Source: Porphyridium purpureum (lineage: Eukaryota). Taken from it: a stretch of DNA of 64,000 bases. Positions 1 to 7,800 of this stretch are shown here, one piece after another. The DNA lies in the NCBI GenBank assembly GCA_008690995.1, contig VRMN01000002.1, forward strand, positions 2,170,001-2,234,000. The letters run 5' to 3'. The notes beneath the pieces were generated by a model that saw nothing but the letters and a program-made list of their open reading frames with translations, had not been told where the DNA came from and made no database searches. Position 1 is the stretch's first letter, and each line of letters begins with the position of its first letter. The translations under genes and the position numbers were made by a program.

Positions 1-3000
1 CCCCACCGGTCGACATAACGCGCCACATGCGCCGTGGCATAAGCGATGTCTGCTCGCGTGGTTCGGCTGAGCCACAGCAGTTGGCCAATCACTGTTCGCT
101 TGTTTGTCGGGCACGCGCGCCCGCCGGGTCCATTGTCGTCGACCCGCTCGCTGAGTGGCGTGCTGCGCACGCGCAAGTTGTCCGCGGTGTGGCCGTTCGC
201 CACATGGGTGGCGTACACCCCCGAATCCAGTATCCATCGGCCGCCGTCGCGATAGATGTGCATGCCGAGATACTTGATAGGGCGCGTACGCGCCGAGTCT
301 GCAATGTATTCGACCTTCTGGTCGATTCTGAAGACGGTCTTCAGTTGTTTGACCGCCACTCGTACCGCATCCGCATTGCCGAAGAGTGCGCCATCGTCGA
401 CGTACATGCTCAGCGTGAGCATGCTGCCGTTCGCGTCGCGGCGCCAGTACTGGTTCTTGTCCGCGTTGGATTCTTGCCATCCAAGCCGCCGGACACGCTC
501 GCGAGCGTCGTGGCTGAAGTCGCTGCCGCTCCTTTTCATTCCGTACAGAGCCTGCGGTAGCTCCACGACAGGCTCGCTGCATGCGGCCATCTTTCTGTAG
601 TCGGCTTCGCTGACTAGACCCTTCACGACCGGGACCAGGTCGCGCAGATATCCGAATGTCGGACGGCCGCCCAATGGTGCACTGGGGTAGGCACACGTTA
701 CGTCGAAGAAGGCGCCGTCGGCGGATGGTCCATGGAGCATGAGCGCCATGCTCATCGAGGCGCGGATCGCCAGCAAACCTGGTGGGCGATCAAAAGGATA
801 CGGTTCTTCGCGCGCGCGACGCCCATCGGCGTCCAGCACGACGCATCCTTGCGCGACGATGCGGCACTTCGTCTTGTGGAACGACGAAGGCATTTCTGAA
901 TTCTTCTTGTTGAAGAGGAGCTTCAACTTAACGAATTGCGCGTTCGGAACGCGCGCCGCCACTGCCTTGTCCATCGTGCGGCGGAAAGGCAGAGCGCCGG
1001 TGCTGGTGAGCGCACGAAGCTCGGATGCTAATGCATGGCGGCCGGCGGGCGTGGCCATCGCCACCGCTGTGGCCACAACTTCTGCCACCCCCAGACCTGC
1101 CGCTTCGTCCTCTGGTCCCCCTGTCGCCGCGCTTGTATACATTGCGTCGCTGCTACTCTCTGCTCGCGTCGCGTCGTTCCGCGTCGCGTCGCTCGCTGCT
1201 GCTGCGTGCACTGGAAGCACACCCAGTTCCGCTGCGCGCGCGCGTAAGCCGGCTGGTTTGCGGCCGCGCATGAAGAATGCTGGCCTACCCGCGATGGCAA
1301 GCCAGTCCTCACCAAAACGGGCAATGCCTTCGGATATGGCAATGTCCTCGGCCGGACTCCACGGCAGCTCAATGCGCCGATACTGTGCTCGTGACGCGAG
1401 CTTTCCGTGCTCGTCTCGGTAGCACTGGCAGTGCATTTGCCTGCATGCGCCGTCACCAGTGTGACGTCGGCTGGGCGCCGGACCCAAAATGCATTTCTCG
1501 CATTCGGTGCTCCCACCGACTATTTTCTTGCACTGTGTGCAGAATGCACGGTCCGGTGCATTGTCGCGTGCTCGCGACCATTGATCACCCGTCGCAATGG
1601 CCTCATCCGGAGGCCGCAGTGCCAAACGTCGCAATGGCCACTTGTCGGGAAGTGGCTTCCATTCGCCGACCTTCCTGATCGCAGATGGCCGCAAGTCGGC
1701 AATGGGCAGGGCGAGCAGGTTTATGGGCTGCCGCGGGTCATTCGGCCTCGGTGCCGTGAACCCAACGACGATTGCAGGCACGCCTTTCGGCTCAAATTTG
1801 CCGCGGCTCTCATCGTATATGAGAATGCCGCTCCCGAATGCAGGGATGGGCTTGTGCCATGTCAGACCGAGCCGTTGCTCGAAGCTGGTCTGCTCCTGCT
1901 TTGCGCCGCGCCAGGCGAGGTTTCTGGCCAGGCAAAAGTAGGCGGCGGCGAACGGATACCACGCGGTCGGCAAGCCAGACTGCATCAGCAGTGCTCGCAC
2001 TGCTCCGTTCAAGTCTGCATGCTTGCGTTCATGCGTCGCGTGCGTGTTCGCCCGGTAAGGTACACCAGTGACTTTCTTCACGCCCTTTTCCGCGATGAAT
2101 CCGTCGAATTCGCCCATGAACTCGCGGCCCTCGTCACACCGCAACACTCGTGGCCAATCACCACGTCCGCGCTGCAGCTCCGTCAACCCGCGAATGCACT
2201 CAGCGGCGGACTTGTCCGCCAGCCCAATTGCTGAGAACCACCCAGTGGCTTCGTCGAGGTGAGTGAGCAGCCACCTGCTGCCATCCACGGCTGCCAGTCC
2301 GGGATCCACAATGTCAATCGACACCACGTCGTTGAACTCGCGCGCTCGTCCGCGCTCTTTGCCAACCGAGTCGTCTCGCCTCACAGCACGCGCGCGCCGC
2401 AGCTTTGCCGCGCTGCATATTCCGCACGTGTCGCGCGACGGCATGTGCAGAACGCAATGGTCCTGCTCTACATGCTCAGCCTCGGCTGTGCCAAGACTGT
2501 GACCGCCGATGATCATTTCGAAGCGGTTGGTTCGAAGCCAATCGAGACCGATCACGAGGTCATTGTGGCCATTGTACACAATCACGTCCTGCTGCTTCTC
2601 TGCTGAATCCAGCACCGCCAGATTCACTGTCGCGCGCCCGCGAGACATGCACTGCGTGCCGTCTGCCAATCGAATGGTCAAGGCATTCGCGGTGCTATTT
2701 GTGCGCACTCGCACCATCGCGCATGCGCTCTCGCTCAGAAAGGTGTGCGTTGCGCCGGTATCGATGACTGCTTTCATCGCCCGGCCGTTCACCCAAGCAT
2801 TCACCTTGAGCAACCCTTTGCCCGCACTGGCGGTCATCAACTCGGCTCCGCCGAGATTGGCATCGCGATCATCGCGCCTGTCTGCACAGTTGTGCGTCGC
2901 TGGCCCCCACACGGAGCACCGATGGCAGTAATAGCGCCCACGCTGATTACTCTTCTTGCCATCTTGTTGCGACTTCGGCGTCTGTCGCGGTCGTGGTCTA

Positions 3001-4274
3001 CTGGCACCGCCTCGTTGCGGTGCGCCACGCTTCTGTCCGCGCCCACGCGCGTCGTTCTGGCCGCCACCACGGTTCCAACCATGCGTGCTCGGCTCTCGCC
3101 AGCCGCCGTCTCGTCCGTCCGCGCGGCTCTGCGCGTACCGCTCTGCATGATTCGCACGCAGGTTCCGCTGCGGTCCAGCTGGTGACCATTGGTCATGCTG
3201 TTGCTGTTGATACTCGTTCGAGCGATCCCGCTGGAAGTCGTTGTATCCTCGTCCGTGCACCCGTGCGCTGCTGCCGCTGGCGGTACCCAAGTCCATTGGC
3301 ACCGGACCATGCTGGTTATAGTTCATCTGGGGGTGGTATGCAGGCTGCATGGCTGACGGGTACGTTCGTGCTGTGATGGGCTGCTGGTCTCGACCACGCT
3401 TAAATATGACTTTGTCGGCAACTAAAGCCAAACGCAAAGCGTCGTCATAGGTGGGAGGGAAGTGAAGCGCTACGTGAGTGGCAATAGAAGTGTCAAGAGA
3501 TTCTGTAAAATAGTGAAGTTTATCTTTGTCTACCAAATTTGGTATACGCAGACAAACTTCACTAAATGCAGCTTCAAAATCTTGGACACTCATTGCACCC
3601 TGCTTCATCTTTTGCAGTTCATCCCGCACGTCATTTTCTGTTTCTTTTGGCTCGAAGCGCCGCTGAAGCGCGAGCAGAAACTCTTCTACCGAGGTGGGTC
3701 TCTGATCAGGTTGTAATGCCTGGTACCAGAGTTGCGCCAATCCGAAGAGGTGAGTCGAAAGCGTCGACACTGCTTCCTCTTCCTCGGTTTCCGTCCAAAG
3801 ACGGCCCTGCGACCGCCAATCCGAGCGCGCCGGGTTGTACACCCGCGAACGCGCTGCTGCCGTCCAGGTCATAATGGCCGCAGTGGATCGCTCGCCGCCA
3901 TAGTACAGCATGGCCGCAGGGCGCATGCAGCTCGGCAAAGCGCCACTTCCACCGGATCCATCGCGAAGCGCCCTCAGACGAACGTTCTCGCTCCGCAGCT
4001 CGGCGAGCTCACTCTGAACAATCGCCGTCCGGGTATTCAGTTCGGTCGCCATCTTGGCGCCGAATTCCTCCGAGAGTTGGCGATGCATTTGGGCGTATGC
4101 CGCATTCAGCATCGCCGCCATCTCTCGTTTCGTTTCCTCGCGCGCGGACTCGCGCCGCGCACTTGCTGCCGCGCCAAGGCGGGTTGCCGAGGCGTTTGCA
4201 CCACCGCGTGCCGGCGACGGTGTTGCTGGGGTACTAGCACCCGCAGCCCTATCCATGTCATATTCCATGACCAA
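1..4274 (-). CDS. Element A unit 1 Gag-Pol polyprotein, partial (3' end lies beyond the window start)
   Basis: Matches the unit 2 ORF shifted by -5636; ATG at 4274. One synonymous difference noticed, at 798. Confidence 0.9.
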   Translation of the reverse strand, partial: MVMEYDMDRAAGASTPATPSPARGGANASATRLGAAASARRESAREETKREMAAMLNAAYAQMHRQLSEEFGAKMATELNTRTAIVQSELAELRSENVRLRALRDGSGGSGALPSCMRPAAMLYYGGERSTAAIMTWTAAARSRVYNPARSDWRSQGRLWTETEEEEAVSTLSTHLFGLAQLWYQALQPDQRPTSVEEFLLALQRRFEPKETENDVRDELQKMKQGAMSVQDFEAAFSEVCLRIPNLVDKDKLHYFTESLDTSIATHVALHFPPTYDDALRLALVADKVIFKRGRDQQPITARTYPSAMQPAYHPQMNYNQHGPVPMDLGTASGSSARVHGRGYNDFQRDRSNEYQQQQHDQWSPAGPQRNLRANHAERYAQSRADGRDGGWREPSTHGWNRGGGQNDARGRGQKRGAPQRGGASRPRPRQTPKSQQDGKKSNQRGRYYCHRCSVWGPATHNCADRRDDRDANLGGAELMTASAGKGLLKVNAWVNGRAMKAVIDTGATHTFLSESACAMVRVRTNSTANALTIRLADGTQCMSRGRATVNLAVLDSAEKQQDVIVYNGHNDLVIGLDWLRTNRFEMIIGGHSLGTAEAEHVEQDHCVLHMPSRDTCGICSAAKLRRARAVRRDDSVGKERGRAREFNDVVSIDIVDPGLAAVDGSRWLLTHLDEATGWFSAIGLADKSAAECIRGLTELQRGRGDWPRVLRCDEGREFMGEFDGFIAEKGVKKVTGVPYRANTHATHERKHADLNGAVRALLMQSGLPTAWYPFAAAYFCLARNLAWRGAKQEQTSFEQRLGLTWHKPIPAFGSGILIYDESRGKFEPKGVPAIVVGFTAPRPNDPRQPINLLALPIADLRPSAIRKVGEWKPLPDKWPLRRLALRPPDEAIATGDQWSRARDNAPDRAFCTQCKKIVGGSTECEKCILGPAPSRRHTGDGACRQMHCQCYRDEHGKLASRAQYRRIELPWSPAEDIAISEGIARFGEDWLAIAGRPAFFMRGRKPAGLRARAAELGVLPVHAAAASDATRNDATRAESSSDAMYTSAATGGPEDEAAGLGVAEVVATAVAMATPAGRHALASELRALTSTGALPFRRTMDKAVAARVPNAQFVKLKLLFNKKNSEMPSSFHKTKCRIVAQGCVVLDADGRRAREEPYPFDRPPGLLAIRASMSMALMLHGPSADGAFFDVTCAYPSAPLGGRPTFGYLRDLVPVVKGLVSEADYRKMAACSEPVVELPQALYGMKRSGSDFSHDARERVRRLGWQESNADKNQYWRRDANGSMLTLSMYVDDGALFGNADAVRVAVKQLKTVFRIDQKVEYIADSARTRPIKYLGMHIYRDGGRWILDSGVYATHVANGHTADNLRVRSTPLSERVDDNGPGGRACPTNKRTVIGQLLWLSRTTRADIAYATAHVARYVDRW

Positions 4275-4502
4275 ACACTGGGCGCGTCGCGCTCACCAGT
4301 TGCGCTTCGAGCGCCTCTTTTTTCCTTCTCGATGTTCGCGGCGCCGATCAGCGTCTTGGCTGTCGCGCTGCCACAGTCGCTTTTCCAAAGCGTGATCGAG
4401 GGTAGAGTTGGGGAATGACCGAATGATAGAAACACTACCACAATAGGTGGTTAGTCAAGCAAGCAAGAAGAAGAAAGATGAGGGAAACACCGCAGCGCAA
4501 AG

Positions 4503-4518
4503 GCTGGGCTCATAACCC
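4503..4518 (-). promoter_or_regulatory. Primer-binding site GGGTTATGAGCCCAGC, complementary to the anticodon arm of initiator tRNA-Met (half-tRNA priming); also at 10139-10154 and 28565-28580
   Basis: The plus strand reads GCTGGGCTCATAACCC, the tRNA-iMet anticodon stem-loop with the CAT anticodon, 2 nt from the LTR end. Drosophila copia and yeast Ty5 use this type of PBS. Confidence 0.85.
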
Positions 4519-4520
4519 TT

Positions 4521-4817
4521 TGATGATAGCGTCTTCGTGAAGCACGCGTATACCAAACGTGTACCAATAGTAAACTACTGGTGGCTAGCTGAAGCAAGAG
4601 GTCCACAACAAGACGACTTTACTCCTTAACACAACCTAGCTCTTGCCTCAAAAGGAGACAGAGCGCCGACTCGTCGGCCGTCTCTCACACTCTAATGATA
4701 TACTACTGTGGTTAACCATTACGGTCACCAACCAACGGAGAGTTGTCATCATTAAGTATTTGATGACTCCTCATCACGTCATCAGGCAGGCAGAGAGGGA
4801 TGACTATATTCCACGCA
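4521..4817 (-). repeat. LTR of element A (297 bp, TG...CA), shared by units 1 and 2
   Basis: Bounded by the PBS (2-nt spacer) on one side and the PPT on the other; repeated at 10157-10453 and 28583-28877. Confidence 0.9.
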
Positions 4818-4833
4818 CCCCCTCATCACTTCT
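4818..4833 (-). promoter_or_regulatory. Polypurine tract of element A (AGAAGTGATGAGGGGG); also at 10454-10469
   Basis: Purine-rich run between the pol stop codon and the LTR start. Confidence 0.8.
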
Positions 4834-4855
4834 GCGCTGGCTGCAAAGGAACGAA

Positions 4856-7800
4856 TCACACTCGCTCGACAAGGTGCCAGCGGGTGTACGGATCACTGTC
4901 ACACGACATCTTCTCATCATCATGGCTGTACGCATAGCCGCGCATGCCAGCGTCATCGTCGCAGTCGTCGGGCTGCATGAGCATCGCGAAGGCGTTGCCA
5001 CGGTTTGCGGCGGAGCGAGCATGCGTCATACGCTGGGCGATGCCAAGGGATAAGCTTGCACCGTACAGGCCCCACGCGGCTGCATGGCCGCGAAACACGT
5101 CGGTGGCAATCGGCTTCGTCAAGCCGTCAGCGATGTTGTCGCGCGTAGCGACATAGACGAACCTGACGAGTCCGTCCGCTGCTATCTCGTGCAACCATCT
5201 CAGAGAGATGCGCTGCATCTTTGGCGCATGCAGTAGCCGGTCACTGTGGCCGCGCTCCACCGCGCGCAAAGTCGACTCGTTGTCGCACCGCACAACGGTC
5301 GGAGGCCAGCGCCTCAAAAGTTCTTCCGCCAGTGTCGCCACTGGGAACACGCTGCCTTGCGCTGCGTCGTGCAGCGCTACCAACTCAGCCTCGGTCGTCG
5401 AGGTGCTGACGCGCCGCTGGCGCCGACTGGTCCAGTCTACAAGGTGTCGGCATCTGCCATTCGATATGAAGAGCACGGCGCCGCTCGTGGATGACGGTGC
5501 CGAGAAGTCGGCATCAGCCCACGCGTGCAACCGAACGTCGCGACTGCCTGTCGCGGGTATGTCGTATTGCAGACAGACGTCCGCATGCTTCTTCAGATAC
5601 CCGACGATCTCGTCGAGCGCGCGATCCGCGCTTGGCCCCCACCGGTCGACATAACGCGCCACATGCGCCGTGGCATAAGCGATGTCTGCTCGCGTGGTTC
5701 GGCTGAGCCACAGCAGTTGGCCAATCACTGTTCGCTTGTTTGTCGGGCACGCGCGCCCGCCGGGTCCATTGTCGTCGACCCGCTCGCTGAGTGGCGTGCT
5801 GCGCACGCGCAAGTTGTCCGCGGTGTGGCCGTTCGCCACATGGGTGGCGTACACCCCCGAATCCAGTATCCATCGGCCGCCGTCGCGATAGATGTGCATG
5901 CCGAGATACTTGATAGGGCGCGTACGCGCCGAGTCTGCAATGTATTCGACCTTCTGGTCGATTCTGAAGACGGTCTTCAGTTGTTTGACCGCCACTCGTA
6001 CCGCATCCGCATTGCCGAAGAGTGCGCCATCGTCGACGTACATGCTCAGCGTGAGCATGCTGCCGTTCGCGTCGCGGCGCCAGTACTGGTTCTTGTCCGC
6101 GTTGGATTCTTGCCATCCAAGCCGCCGGACACGCTCGCGAGCGTCGTGGCTGAAGTCGCTGCCGCTCCTTTTCATTCCGTACAGAGCCTGCGGTAGCTCC
6201 ACGACAGGCTCGCTGCATGCGGCCATCTTTCTGTAGTCGGCTTCGCTGACTAGACCCTTCACGACCGGGACCAGGTCGCGCAGATATCCGAATGTCGGAC
6301 GGCCGCCCAATGGTGCACTGGGGTAGGCACACGTTACGTCGAAGAAGGCGCCGTCGGCGGATGGTCCATGGAGCATGAGCGCCATGCTCATCGAGGCGCG
6401 GATCGCCAGCAAACCTGGTGGGCGATCAAAAGGGTACGGTTCTTCGCGCGCGCGACGCCCATCGGCGTCCAGCACGACGCATCCTTGCGCGACGATGCGG
6501 CACTTCGTCTTGTGGAACGACGAAGGCATTTCTGAATTCTTCTTGTTGAAGAGGAGCTTCAACTTAACGAATTGCGCGTTCGGAACGCGCGCCGCCACTG
6601 CCTTGTCCATCGTGCGGCGGAAAGGCAGAGCGCCGGTGCTGGTGAGCGCACGAAGCTCGGATGCTAATGCATGGCGGCCGGCGGGCGTGGCCATCGCCAC
6701 CGCTGTGGCCACAACTTCTGCCACCCCCAGACCTGCCGCTTCGTCCTCTGGTCCCCCTGTCGCCGCGCTTGTATACATTGCGTCGCTGCTACTCTCTGCT
6801 CGCGTCGCGTCGTTCCGCGTCGCGTCGCTCGCTGCTGCTGCGTGCACTGGAAGCACACCCAGTTCCGCTGCGCGCGCGCGTAAGCCGGCTGGTTTGCGGC
6901 CGCGCATGAAGAATGCTGGCCTACCCGCGATGGCAAGCCAGTCCTCACCAAAACGGGCAATGCCTTCGGATATGGCAATGTCCTCGGCCGGACTCCACGG
7001 CAGCTCAATGCGCCGATACTGTGCTCGTGACGCGAGCTTTCCGTGCTCGTCTCGGTAGCACTGGCAGTGCATTTGCCTGCATGCGCCGTCACCAGTGTGA
7101 CGTCGGCTGGGCGCCGGACCCAAAATGCATTTCTCGCATTCGGTGCTCCCACCGACTATTTTCTTGCACTGTGTGCAGAATGCACGGTCCGGTGCATTGT
7201 CGCGTGCTCGCGACCATTGATCACCCGTCGCAATGGCCTCATCCGGAGGCCGCAGTGCCAAACGTCGCAATGGCCACTTGTCGGGAAGTGGCTTCCATTC
7301 GCCGACCTTCCTGATCGCAGATGGCCGCAAGTCGGCAATGGGCAGGGCGAGCAGGTTTATGGGCTGCCGCGGGTCATTCGGCCTCGGTGCCGTGAACCCA
7401 ACGACGATTGCAGGCACGCCTTTCGGCTCAAATTTGCCGCGGCTCTCATCGTATATGAGAATGCCGCTCCCGAATGCAGGGATGGGCTTGTGCCATGTCA
7501 GACCGAGCCGTTGCTCGAAGCTGGTCTGCTCCTGCTTTGCGCCGCGCCAGGCGAGGTTTCTGGCCAGGCAAAAGTAGGCGGCGGCGAACGGATACCACGC
7601 GGTCGGCAAGCCAGACTGCATCAGCAGTGCTCGCACTGCTCCGTTCAAGTCTGCATGCTTGCGTTCATGCGTCGCGTGCGTGTTCGCCCGGTAAGGTACA
7701 CCAGTGACTTTCTTCACGCCCTTTTCCGCGATGAATCCGTCGAATTCGCCCATGAACTCGCGGCCCTCGTCACACCGCAACACTCGTGGCCAATCACCAC

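Noticed and set aside
4503..4518. tRNA-Met gene fragment
   Set aside because: Only the 16-nt anticodon arm matches; explained as the PBS.
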